This document shows positions 30,809-41,717 of a stretch of 64,000 nucleotides of DNA, one piece after another; positions within the stretch are counted from its first letter, which is position 1; the number at the start of each line of letters is the position of its first letter. The stretch is from the NCBI GenBank assembly GCA_965226495.1, contig OZ245365.1, positions 800,001-864,000 of the forward strand. Reading direction: 5' to 3'. Origin of the DNA: Candidatus Marinacidobacterales bacterium. Its GTDB lineage: Bacteria; Acidobacteriota; Vicinamibacteria; Marinacidobacterales; DATDRI01. A program made the position numbers and the translations under genes. Under the pieces are notes generated by a model that saw only the letters and a program-made list of their open reading frames with translations, made no database searches and had not been told where the DNA came from.

Positions 30809-33800
30809 CTACCGATCCAAGACGAGCCTTCTCCACGCCTCCCGGTAGCGGGCGTAGAAGAAAGAAACCAACACCAAGACCGATCCCAGGACGATAAAGG
30901 CGACGATACGCTCCAAGGTCTCTAGTCTCCACACGTCCAGAACGAGGATCTTGGCAGTACTCAAGAGAAGAAGTGCCAAGGCAAAGAGACGGTAAGAGCG
31001 CTCCTTTACCAGCATTCCGAACACGAAGATCGCCAGTGCTTCGACCGCCCAGCCGGCAGTGAGACTCGCTCCCAGCCGGAATTCGAGCGCGAGCAAAACG
31101 GTGACGAGCCCGGCCGCCGAGAAAAAAAAGAAATGTCGGGCGGACAGATCGCAGGTCCGAACGAGCCGGCGAAACCACTGGCTTCCCGAAAGAGCCTCGC
31201 CTTTCCGTTCATCGGGGAAGGCGGTGGCGAAGGCATAGCCTGCCAACAAGACCGCGGCCACGACACCGACTGTTACCGCCCGCAGGGAGCCGACGATATA
31301 GAAGTTCTCCAACACCGCTCGGAACAACACCAAGAGCGCGACCAGCACCCCCTGAATCCGGAACTCTCCGACCTGACTCCGTCGCCCGAAGCCTGTCATG
31401 AGCACCGCGACGACGGCCCAAGCGATGGCCACCCACGCCGGGGTTAGCTCGAACCGCAGGATGGCGAGCAACGCGATCAGTCCAAGCGAAGAGTAAAAAG
31501 CCGGAACGTCCCGGGAAGATTCCCCCGAGGTCAACTTTCCAGCCAGCGCGTCGCTGCGCAGCACCGCAAAAAGGTAATAAAAGAGAACTACTAAAGGCGC
31601 GGTGCTCGCTAGCCTCGCCGACACAGGCCCGAACTGATCCACCGTGTTTAGGTTGGCAACCAGCAGCCGGACGAACGTGGCTCCCGCTAGGAGATGCCCC
31701 TGCCAACGAAAGTCCGATCGTCCAGAGGCTCGGCCGATTTCGACGAGAGCGAGCGTCAAGATAGCCCACCCGATGGCGACGCCGAGGGGCGAGAGCTCGT
31801 ACCACATCAGCAGCGCCAAGATGAGAGTGGCGGCAGGCGCGTTCAGCCAGTGTTGCAGCTGACCATCGGCGCCGCGACTCAACGGGGCCCGTCTCGCCGC
31901 CTCACCGTAGAGGTACAGGACCACCGCGACTGCCCCGGCCACGAGAGTGCGCGGCGCGTCCCCTTCGCTCGGCAAGTCGACGAAGACAACCCTCGCCGCG
32001 GCCAGAAGCGCCGTGAGCTGCGCCTGAAGACCCAGGTGGAAATCGTGACGCCAAAGTCCTAGCGCATGGAAGACGTGAGCTGCGCCTGAAGACCCATGGA
32101 AACCCCCGCCGCCAAGCCCACCGACCACCAGGCCCGAGGCAAAATCAACCAACTCGTACCGATGACGATGGCCCAAGCCGCATAGCTATAAAAGGTGAAC
32201 AGAACAGGAGGAGTCATTCGGATCTCGCCCACTTCCACTGTGGGCTGCGCTCCGCGCCGATTCTCGCAAAAGACGTACAGCATGACGGATGCGGCGATCA
32301 GGACCCCGGCCGAGGTGTTCCAGGTTGGTTCTCGGTACAGCTCGTCCCAAAGTTGTGGATAACTAATGATGGCGATTCGAGCCACTGCCGAGATCAAAGT
32401 AAAGTGCGAGATGCGGCTCAAGTGGGTTTGGCCCCATTTTCGGTAGCCCGAATAGAGGAGAAAACCGAGGGAGAGCCAAATGATTACCAGCCATTCGGAA
32501 GGAGTGAGCAACCAAGTGCCCGCCAGGGCCATCAACCATCCAAGGTACACGTAAATCGTTGTCGAGGCCCTTTCGGGTTCGGTTCGAATCTGGGAGGCGT
32601 ACTTTCGACCGAGATACAACGTATTGAAAAAGAAGGCCGCCGCCGTGACCACGAGGAGGATTCCGTCCTCGAGCTCGAGAAACCCTTTCTGGCCGAGCCT
32701 CGGTATCACCCGATCCAAGATAAGGTAAGCAGTGAGTGGAACCGTTGTGAGCCAGGCCAGCCTCCGAAAGTGAATCTCCTCGAGGCGATAGCCCACGATC
32801 AGAAAGATCTGGCACTCGAGTAGCCACATCACTACCCAATGGTCCGCCGCTGCGGCGTAGTACGTGGACAAGTAGGGTGCGGCGGCGACTACCAGAAACC
32901 CTCCAGTGGTGCTGAGGAGAAGGTAGCTGGACCTCCGGGCCAATCGCTGACCGAGAAAGGCCAGAGCGAAGTAAAGACTCCCGAGGATGAAAAGGAACCA
33001 GAACCGCCATTCTGGATGGTAGGATTGGTATCCCGAGAGCGCCAAGTAGCCGAGTACATTGAGAATGACCGCCAGTCCAAGAAACGCGTCTTGCTGTTCG
33101 TTCTTACCTCGTCGTAGAAAATGGGAAACCGTGAAGAGTACCCAGTAGCAAGTTAGCAGCGCCGTGCTCATCGAGTACTCGGCGAAAGCTCCTTTTTCCG
33201 CACCCATGGGCTCGATGATGGGCCGTAGCCAAGCATAGTGATTGGCGTATGTGCCGACGACGGCGATGCTCTCCAACCCGTACCAATCCATTTTCCAGAG
33301 CACGATGACCACCGCCAGCGAAAGCACCAGGGTCGCAAGGAGTGTGTACGATTCCACACCGTAAAAGATGATGGTGAAGTACCCGAGGGCAACGGCAAAG
33401 CCGGTAACGAACTGCGACCGGTATCGGAGCGAGTGAATGACGATACCCGCCGCCACACCAAGCAACAAAGCAAAGCCCAAACTCTCGTCCTGGACGACCT
33501 TGGTGGCCTCGACGCTGTACATTGCGTACGCGAGGAAGTAAGCGAGCCCCCAGCCTCCACTCAGCAGCACCCGGCCAAACGCCTGGTACCGGGATCGGCG
33601 CTCCAAGTTCGAGCCACCGGCAACGGCCGCCACGCTGATGACCAAGCCTAGGAGCACCTTGCCCCACGGTCCCATTTTCTGGACGGTGTAACCAAGGAAG
33701 AGCGCAACACCAATGATGAGGATGGCCATGCCGATCTTGAGCAGCCAGTTCGCCCCAAGGGTCTCTTCCAAGTCGAGCAGCTGCTGTCTCCGCGCCACCC

Positions 33801-34233
33801 TGGACCGCTGGCGCTCGGCGGCCGTGGGCTGCGCAAGAACGGGCGTCCCTCTAACGGGCGCCGGCACCTGTACGACGGGCTTTGTAGTTGCGGCGGGAGT
33901 CTCGGTGGGCCTCGGGAGCGGTGGGGCTTCGGCCGGCGGCGAGGGCTCGGGCGGCGATGGCGTGGATGGTGCGTCGGGAGCGGCAGGCGGCTCGATTGTG
34001 GGTGGTGAGGGTGTCTTGGTGGCATCCTCCGTGACAACCCTCGTCTCAGGGGTGTCGCCTAATGTCCGCCTGGCCCTTAGCTCCACCACCACCCTTCGCC
34101 CTAGGGCCTCGACCCTGTTGCCGAGTGAGTCGAGCTCCTTGGTGTGCTTCGTTTCGATCTCGCGCACGCGGCGGGAAAGAGTTCGATACCAAATGAGAAG
34201 GCCGACGGCGAGGAGGAAGGTCAAAAACGACAT
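30809..34233 (-). pseudogene. DUF2339 multi-pass membrane protein, frameshifted at ~32070-32100
   Basis: LEETLGANWLLKIG at the N-terminus and KILVLDVWRLETLERIVAFIVLG at the C-terminus. The two ORFs join at a short templated insertion. Confidence 0.8.
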
Positions 34234-34684
34234 CTATGGTGCTTTCCAGGCAAGAAGGCCGTGCAAAGAGGAAGATTGCCGAACGAAGTCTATGATCTCT
34301 TCAGATTGGCTGCAACTCGAATGGAGAAGTCCTCGGGGGTGATGACCCAGGTGCACGTCGTGCACACGTCGACCGATTGGTCGGTCTCGTCGCTACTGCA
34401 GCTGAGGTCACCCGTCGCCAACTGCCAGTTAGCCGGTCTCACGGACCAACGAAACGAGGAGAACTCGTCACGAGTCCTTGAGCGCGCCAGGAACTTTCCC
34501 TCTCAGACTCCAAGTTACTATTCTTCCGCTTCTAGAGGAGGGGAAAACGCCGCCGCCGGGCGTCGAGCAGTACCGTCCAACAGTCGCGCTGAGCGGCGGC
34601 GCCACGGCGAATTTCATCAGGCGGCGTCCGCTCCAGCGAGTCGTTATACGGAGACTTCATTATTGCGAGCTTCGCACCTCTGAG

Positions 34685-35418
34685 CTAGTGATGATGAACC
34701 CATCGGGCGTCCAAGACAGGCTGAATCTCATCCGTGCTGATGGACAACAGTTCGGGTCCGATTCCAGTTAGACCGACTTCACCAGCCATTGCGCCTAAAT
34801 CAATACGGGCTCCCTTGCTTATTTGGTAACCGTACGGAACGTGACTGCGGATTTGCTTTGTGATTGACTGAGTAACGTTCCTCAATTCTCCCGGTGACCA
34901 CTTATGGAATTCTTGCCCGCAGCCGCCGGTGCCATTGAGACACTGAGCTACTTCCAAAAAATGCTCACTCTCGACTGTCCGGAGGTGCACTTCCTCCAAG
35001 AACACGTAGGTCTCGTCTTCGCTGAGAAACAACAGGGGCGTGACAACGTCACTTTGGTTCGTTCGTAAACGATCACGTTAACAACTTTATAGCGGGAAAA
35101 CTCGGGACTGGGCCAGAGGTGGCGAGCTTCATACAATGTACGGGACCCCGATTGGCCGAGCTCGGCCCAACTGACCTGACAGTCCGGATGGGGGGTGCCA
35201 TTCCAGCTTGGAACGGGTCCTCTGTTAGTTATGCAAGTACTTGTCGCCCTGGATATGGGCACAGGCACAAACTTGACTTTCTCGCTGGCGCCTTGCGCTG
35301 TGTACACCAGACCCCACACGAGAGCTAGGGCTGCTGAGTTTGCACCAATCACGAAAAGCCGCACCTCATTCCGTATAATTGAGCGGCGGCATGGCGATGT
35401 TGTCGCCGAAGCGGGCAC
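34685..35418 (-). pseudogene. Hypothetical exported Cys-containing protein split over two frames
   Basis: Two overlapping ORFs appear continuous near 35040 and carry a hydrophobic N-terminal segment. No family recognised. Confidence 0.35.
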
Positions 35419-35490
35419 TCTCTTTCCCAGTGTCTCATAGCTTCACGAAGCCTCGGTGCCGTCCGCTCGAATTCCGAGTTAGACGGCGCG

Positions 35491-36609
35491 AATTCATAAA
35501 GTAAGTGCAACACAGCTCCCGGATGAGGTGACCTGGAATGTGCCACGATTCCTCAAACGACCAAGAATGGGGACTCGCTAATGACTTATTACCAGATCAC
35601 CTCGGAAGAACGCTACACCATCGCGGCGCTGCGACGGGAGGGATTTTGCTCGGCCGAGATCGCGCGGCGAGGTCAGGAGCGCCACCAAGAATGGGGACTC
35701 GAGACTTATTACCAGATCACCTCATCGCGGCGCTGCGACATCTCGAGAGAGGTCAGGAGGAACAGCTCACCTAGTGATGGATGCTACCGGCCGAGCAAGG
35801 CCATCGAGAGAACGAACGGACGACGCTCGCGGTCTCGCCGGAACCAGTACTTCACAAAGGCCGACTTTGCCCTGGTGGAGAAGAAGCTTAAGGCCGACTG
35901 GAGCCCAGAGCAGATCTCCGGCCACCTGCGCCTTCACGGCGAGCTCTCGATCAGCCACGAGACGATCTACACCCACGTTTGGCGGGACAAGGAGGCCGGA
36001 GGACATCTATACCGCCACCTTCGATGCTCGCCCAAACTTAGACGCAAGCGCCACAACAGCTACGACAGCCGAGGCCGCCTGGCCGGGAAGCGTCACATCT
36101 CCGAGCGGCCGTCTTGTATCGACAAGCGCCGTGCCGTTGGCCACTGGGAGATTGACACCGTGGTAGGAAAAGACGCGCCGGACTGCGTCACCACGCTCGT
36201 GGAACGAAAGACGGGCTATGCGCTGATCGGCAAACTGTCCGACCGCAGCATGTTCGGCACTAGCCAGCGAACGAAGATGTTGCTCCGGCGGGTGCCGGAT
36301 CAGGTCAAAGACCATCACCGCGGACAATGGCACGGAGTTCCACGACTACGAATCCGTCGAGGAAGCGACCGGCGTCAAGTTCTACTTTGCAACTCCCTAT
36401 CACTCATGGGAGAGAGGCAGCAACGAGAACTTCAATGGCCTGCTACGACAATACCTGCCGAAGCGCACCAGCCAAGCAGCGCTCACGCAACGCCACTGCG
36501 ATGGTATCGCAAAGAAGCTCAACACACGGCCCCGCAAGAGGCTCGGTTACCGCACACCGGAGGAACGTTTCCATGGGAACTAACGAATGGTGCGCTTCAA
36601 ACTTGAAGT
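35491..36609 (+). mobile_element. IS30 family element, transposase disrupted
   Basis: YQITSEERY, WSPEQIS, ISHETIY, GHWEIDT; second frame ITADNGTEF, WERGSNENFNGLLRQYLPK. Imperfect IRs TTCATAAAGTAAGTGCA / TGCGCTTCAAACTTGAA. Confidence 0.9.
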
Positions 36610-36955
36610 CACAGCAGCGTTGACTTCGAGGGTCATCAGGCGCCGGAACTTCTCATATTCCGACCACTGGGAGACGTCTGCATTCTCGTGCTAACGCCAG
36701 CGATGCCTTCGAGGTCTGCCGATATGTAGACCTTGAGCGACTGCTGAGCGCCAGCGGGAGATGTGAGGCATACGGATAGAACGACGGCAGCTAGTGCGAT
36801 GTTATTCATAAGTCCCCAAAGGTCTCATAGACGCTCGTATCGGTCCACTGCAATCAGCTCTCGTCATCAGCGTTACGCGGGAGCTTTCTCGAGAACGTTT
36901 GGCTCAGCGGTGAGGCGAACCGTGTGGCCCGGAACCACGGCCCGCCCAAAGGGTA

Positions 36956-37015
36956 GACAACACTTCGTTCATCACCGGGACGGATGTGGCCGTGGACGGA
37001 GGCTACACCGCGATG
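36956..37015 (+). pseudogene. C-terminal scrap of a short-chain dehydrogenase
   Basis: Manual translation gives DNTSFITGTDVAVDGGYTAM. Confidence 0.6.
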
Positions 37016-37288
37016 CCCAGATCGAGCGGATCGGTCGATTCGACCGCCTTGGATCGCTCATCAACCCTTGGCGCAAGAACGGGGACAACGACACCTTGCT
37101 ACCCATCATCCGGGGAACGATCGCCGAGCGCCTGTTTAGGACCGTAAAGAGACGCGAGTAGCTAGAGTTCCTACTCGCGGCGGCGCCCGACTTCTCGGAG
37201 TACAGCTTCGCGGACGAGGAGCCCCTACCCTGCCGGAGCGGCTAGGCGTTGTTTGACGTCGTACATACAATGCAATACACTACCGTTA

Positions 37289-37570
37289 ATGAAGTTTGAG
37301 TGGAATGAAGAAAAGAACCTCTCGAACTTTCGCAAACATGGAATCTGGTTCGAAGAGGCCCAAACTTTATGGTCCGACGAATCGAGCTCCGAGTTCTTCG
37401 ATCCCGAACACAGCGAGAACGAGGATCGGTACATTCGGATTGGCTATTCGAGCGTTCCCCGCTTACTGCTGGTGGTTTTCTGCGAACGTGCCGGCGGCGA
37501 TGTTATCCGGGTGATTTCTGCGCGACAGGCTTCTGCAAAGGAGAGGTGGCAATATGAAGAAGGAATATGA
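37289..37570 (+). CDS. brnT: BrnT family toxin (DUF497)
   Basis: MKFEWNEEKN...KHGIWFEEA...EDRYIRIG...IRVISARQA. Confidence 0.92.
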   Translation: MKFEWNEEKNLSNFRKHGIWFEEAQTLWSDESSSEFFDPEHSENEDRYIRIGYSSVPRLLLVVFCERAGGDVIRVISARQASAKERWQYEEGI

Positions 37571-37802
37571 TCTGAAGAAGCTGAAGAAGAGACCGGGACC
37601 GGTAAAAACCGACAAGGATGCGGTAAAGCTTCCGGTCTCACTTCGGTTGGACGGATCTGTTTTGGCGGCAATAAAGACCGAGGCCGATCGGCTAGGAATT
37701 CCTTATCAGACGCTAATTGGGAGCATCCTTCATCGATACGCCACGAACGAATTGCTCGATCGCCGCAACCTCGACCTTGCCAAGTCGATTAGCGCATCTT
37801 GA
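37554..37802 (+). CDS. brnA: BrnA/CopG-like antitoxin
   Basis: MKKEYDL, VSLRLD, GIPYQTLI. Overlaps brnT. Confidence 0.88.
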   Translation: MKKEYDLKKLKKRPGPVKTDKDAVKLPVSLRLDGSVLAAIKTEADRLGIPYQTLIGSILHRYATNELLDRRNLDLAKSISAS

Positions 37803-38440
37803 GGCGGATCCTTCGCAATGTTGTCACTCTGGCAAGGCAACCCATTCATGCAGCCGTGACCATGCCTCCATGAGTTCGTCACCACGATCGCCTGGAAGCG
37901 CGCCGTCGGGTACGCGCCGAGCTATTCCCTATCGACCCTCTACCGTCCTATCATCCCCGCGGTGAAATGCGCGCCTTGAAAGAGCCCGTCGCGGTGTCAT
38001 GTCGGCGATCATCATTCCCATGGTGAGTAGAGACAGCACGTCCGAGCGCACGCCATTCTCGACGACCGTGTTCCCGTGACAGCGAGTCGCGTGCACCTCA
38101 AAGTTTGTCGAGCCCATCAGATACCAGCGGACTTTCTCACGCCTACTGAGCTATGCCTACGAGGCGATGTTGGTGCCGGTCGCAAATAGAACGCGGGAGG
38201 CTCCGTGAGCCGGCGCGGCGCGGCTTCGTCCGATGCCACAGGTTGTTCGATTTAAGGACGATACGGGGAGTGCGCGCGCATCGCTCTCCGACTGGATTCC
38301 AACGTGATGACGAACGTAGGTAAACCAATCGGCCCGGCGTACCAGGCCGGAGATGATGCGCGGGCGGTGATGCTTGTCGCGACGCTAACCGTCGTCTCCG
38401 TCGCGGTGGTACTGGCGTTCTCGCGGTTGGAAAGAGGGCG

Positions 38441-39151
38441 ATGGTGACGGAAACGCCGAAGGTTCTCGACGTGAATGTGACGATCTCTCTGGGCTCAGGG
38501 CGTGAGCGCACCACCGTCGCGGCCCGGTTTGCGCTGACGAAGGGAATCCTGGTCATCTTCGGCCCTTCCGCGACCGGCAAGACCCTGACGGTTCGCGCCG
38601 TGGCCGGCCTACGACCCGCTATTGGCGCGATTCGCGTGGGCGGCGAGACTCTTCTCGACAGCGAAGCGCAACGAAACGTTGCCCCGGAACATCGCCGTGT
38701 TGGTTATGTGCCCCAACACGTGGCGCTCTTCCCACATCTCAATGTTCGTGACAACGTGGCGTTTGGCTTGCGGGCGCGTGGAAACGGAACCGGCTCGCGG
38801 CCACTCGCCGAGGAATGGCTGGCGCGACTCGGGGTGGAGAACTTGGCGGATCGTATGCCGCATCGCCTGTCGGGAGGGGAATCGCAACGCGTCTCGCTCG
38901 CCCGCGCCTTGGCACCAGAGCCACGCCTGCTACTACTCGACGAGCCCTTCGCCAGTCTCGATCTCACGACTCGGCGCGAGATGCGCCGCGTGGTGCGGGA
39001 AGTTCAAGAGAGCAGCGGGATCCCAATGGTTTTCGTTACCCATAGTCCGCGCGAAGCGATCGAGATGGGGGATCACTTGGTTCGCTACGGGCTGGGTGGA
39101 AGCCAAGAAGAAGGCTTGCCGGGGGACCTCATCGAAAGCGAATCGGAATAG
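38441..39151 (+). CDS. modC: Molybdate ABC ATPase, second copy (orphan)
   Basis: Identical to 9859-10569 except P16S. Confidence 0.88.
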   Translation: MVTETPKVLDVNVTISLGSGRERTTVAARFALTKGILVIFGPSATGKTLTVRAVAGLRPAIGAIRVGGETLLDSEAQRNVAPEHRRVGYVPQHVALFPHLNVRDNVAFGLRARGNGTGSRPLAEEWLARLGVENLADRMPHRLSGGESQRVSLARALAPEPRLLLLDEPFASLDLTTRREMRRVVREVQESSGIPMVFVTHSPREAIEMGDHLVRYGLGGSQEEGLPGDLIESESE

Positions 39152-39154
39152 GCG

Positions 39155-39571
39155 TTAAGCGGCGTCGAAGAATTCCCCGATCTTGCCCCGGATCTGATCG
39201 CGGATGCGCCGGAACTCCTGGCGAATCTCTTCGTCGGAGCCGGTGGCCGCCGCCGGATCTTCGAAGGGCCAGTGAAACCGTTGCACGTTCCCCGGGTATA
39301 CCGGGCACACTTCCTCGGCACAGAGCGTGATCACCGTCCCGATTCGATCCGAAGGGATCTCGTCGATCGCCTTCGATCGGTGCGAGGAAATCTCGATGCC
39401 CAGTTCCTGCATCACTTCTCGGGCAAATGGATTGAGGTGGGTGGGTGCCGAGCCGGCGCTGTAGATTTCTCGATCCTTGGGCGCAACCGCTCGAGCGAGT
39501 CCCTCCGCCATTTGGCTGCGCGCGGAATTGGCCACACAAAGAAAGAGGACGCCCGCCCGCGATTCCCCCAT
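39155..39571 (-). CDS. arsC: Arsenate reductase, second copy
   Basis: Same protein apart from the N-terminus (MGESRAG versus MADSPTG). Confidence 0.9.
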   Translation of the reverse strand: MGESRAGVLFLCVANSARSQMAEGLARAVAPKDREIYSAGSAPTHLNPFAREVMQELGIEISSHRSKAIDEIPSDRIGTVITLCAEEVCPVYPGNVQRFHWPFEDPAAATGSDEEIRQEFRRIRDQIRGKIGEFFDAA

Positions 39572-39577
39572 GGCCGT

Positions 39578-39956
39578 ATTCTAAACGAAAGCACTCAGGG
39601 CTTGATGAAGGCGTCGGCGGCTGCAATCCACGACGAGCCCCGCCAAAGACTGCATACCTGTCAGGGGCTCGATCTTTGCCCACATATCGCTCGCAAGGGA
39701 GGTTTTCAATGAGGGATTTCGTCCCTATCCCCTATGGACACCGTGGCGGCGTCTACTGGCCGCGTCCCACCAAAGGACGGCTGTCCACCCATTCTATGGC
39801 GCCTATGCCAACCGCGTTTGTTCGTCAGCACCGCGTGTCAGCGACTGCTTTTTTGCCTCACAATGTGTTTGACCAAATTCGAAACGTTCCGCGTGCAAAG
39901 AATTTGCTTCAATCTAGCCGTCCCACGGACGCTCCTCGGGATAGAAATGCCTATCT
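39578..39956 (+). mobile_element. Miniature non-autonomous IS91-like element (type B)
   Basis: Upstream region plus first ~19 codons (MDTVAASTGRVPPKDGCP), a short internal piece, and the terminus GATAGAAATGCCTATCT (39940-39956). Left boundary approximate. Confidence 0.8.
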
Positions 39957-39988
39957 GTCCATTTCTCAGGCTCCGTTCCGCGGACGCG

Positions 39989-41717
39989 TCACAGCTTGAT
40001 CTCTCTCGCGATTTCATCGAGCGTCGTTACGCCATCGCGCAGTTTTTGCAGGGCGCTCTCGCGGAGACTCCAACCCACCTTGGCTCCTGCTTTCTGCCGC
40101 AACGTCTCGTCGCTGGCCCCGGCAACGAGCAGTTCCTTGATCTCGGTGTCGATCTCCATCACTTCGAAGAGGCCGATGCGCCCGCGGTATCCGGTGCTAT
40201 TGCAAGCCGCGCAGCCTTCAGCGGAGAACGCGGTCACTTGCCGCGTTTCCTCCTCCGTTAACCCCGCGCGGAGCAGATATTTTGTCCCGAATTCGACTTC
40301 CTGCCGGCACTCCTCGCAGATCCGCCGCACGAGGCGTTGATTCACGACCAAACGTAGACTTCGGCTGAGCGAGTGGTGTGCGTTTCCATAGGCGCCTAGC
40401 TGAGCCTCTGGACCCTGCTCTGGGTGCATCAAGTAGCTGATCCCGGCGGCGGTGTCCCGTGCCGTCAAGTCGCCTACGGATGACGTGTCGCCTGGCGGCT
40501 TCGAGAACGACAGCGACCGCGTCCGGGTATCCCAAGCTCCCAGCCACAACCACATCGGGGTCCTGAGCCAGAACGGTCCGAAGGACGCTGGCCTTGTCGC
40601 CGACGCTTCGATCGGCTTGGACTTGGGTGACCCCTGGCAAGTCGAGCTCCATTTGCTCTTCGACGACAGCGACATACAGGTTTTCTACAGGCAGCGAACG
40701 AGCGGCGGAGTAAAGGGTCTGTGTTTTACCGCTCCGTCTCGGACCGCATACCAGAATCAAGCCGTGGGAGTCGCTCATGGCGTTCTCCAGCATTTCCCGA
40801 GGCCCTTCCTCCAATCCCAGTTCGGCTAGCTTCTTGGGGGTCAGATCGTGAACGCGAAGGAAGAGCTTCTCTCCCCAAGGAGTCGGCAGGGTATGCAGCT
40901 CGAAGTCGTGAGCGCTCATTGCGCCGCTTGTGTTGATCCGAATACGAATGCGCCCCCCTTGGGGAATCCGCTTCTCGGCAATATCCATCTTGGCCATGAC
41001 CTTGAACCGATTGGCGATCGCGTCTCTTAGCCTCATCGGCGGATTCAACACGATGTAGAGCACACCGTCGATACGGAAACGGACTTGGTATTCCCGCTCA
41101 TATGGCTCGACGTGTATTTCGCTCGCTCCGCGTCGCAGTGAGTCTGCCAGAAGGAGATTGCAAAGTTTCACGACGGGTTTTTGGTTGGTAGACCGTTCCA
41201 ACTCTTCAAGATCCATGTCGATGTCACCAGACACCTCATTAGTCTCCACGTTCTCCTCCCTTCCCCCTTGGCGATCTCGCGTAGTGTTTGCCACGCCGTA
41301 ACACCTCTCGATCGCCTGCCCTATGGCCGCTCGAGGCGCAAACACGGGCTCGATGTGGCCTCCGATCATGAACTTGATGTCGTCCAGGACGAAAAGGTTG
41401 GTCGGATCCTCCATCGCAATGCTCACCGACCCGTGGCGGAAAATTGGGATGATGCAGTAACGCTCGGCCGTTTCTCGAGGAACGAGGCCGATCACCCACT
41501 GCGGAATACTAAGTTCCGAAAGGTCCACTCCCTCGACTCCATACTTGTGGGCAAGGACCTCGGTAAGCTGATTCTCCGCGAGAAACCTCAGCTTCACGAG
41601 GATCTGGCCGAGGGCTCCACGGTTGGCCCTCTGATGCTCCAGCGCTTCATCGAGCTGTTGTCGAGAGAGGTATTCCTGTTCGATGAGTAACTCCCCCAGA
41701 CTTACAGGCATCGGCAT
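39989..41717 (-). pseudogene. PilB/GspE-like secretion ATPase with MshEN domain; degenerate, frameshift near 40480
   Basis: LGELL...LGQIL, ASEIHVEP, RFRIDGVL, DIAEKRIPQGG, GPRRSGKT; second frame QRLVRRIC, GCAACNSTGYRGRIGLFE. Confidence 0.85.

Larger units (their letters stand above)
38338..39735 (+). repeat. Direct duplication copy 2
   Basis: Matches 9756 to ~11150 and begins abruptly inside the modB 3' end. Confidence 0.95.

Noticed and set aside
12941-37802. Integron cassette array (Fic, TA module, GTT after junctions)
   Set aside because: No intI gene and no convincing paired attC R''/R' boxes. The GTT matches are better explained as the IS91-type target.
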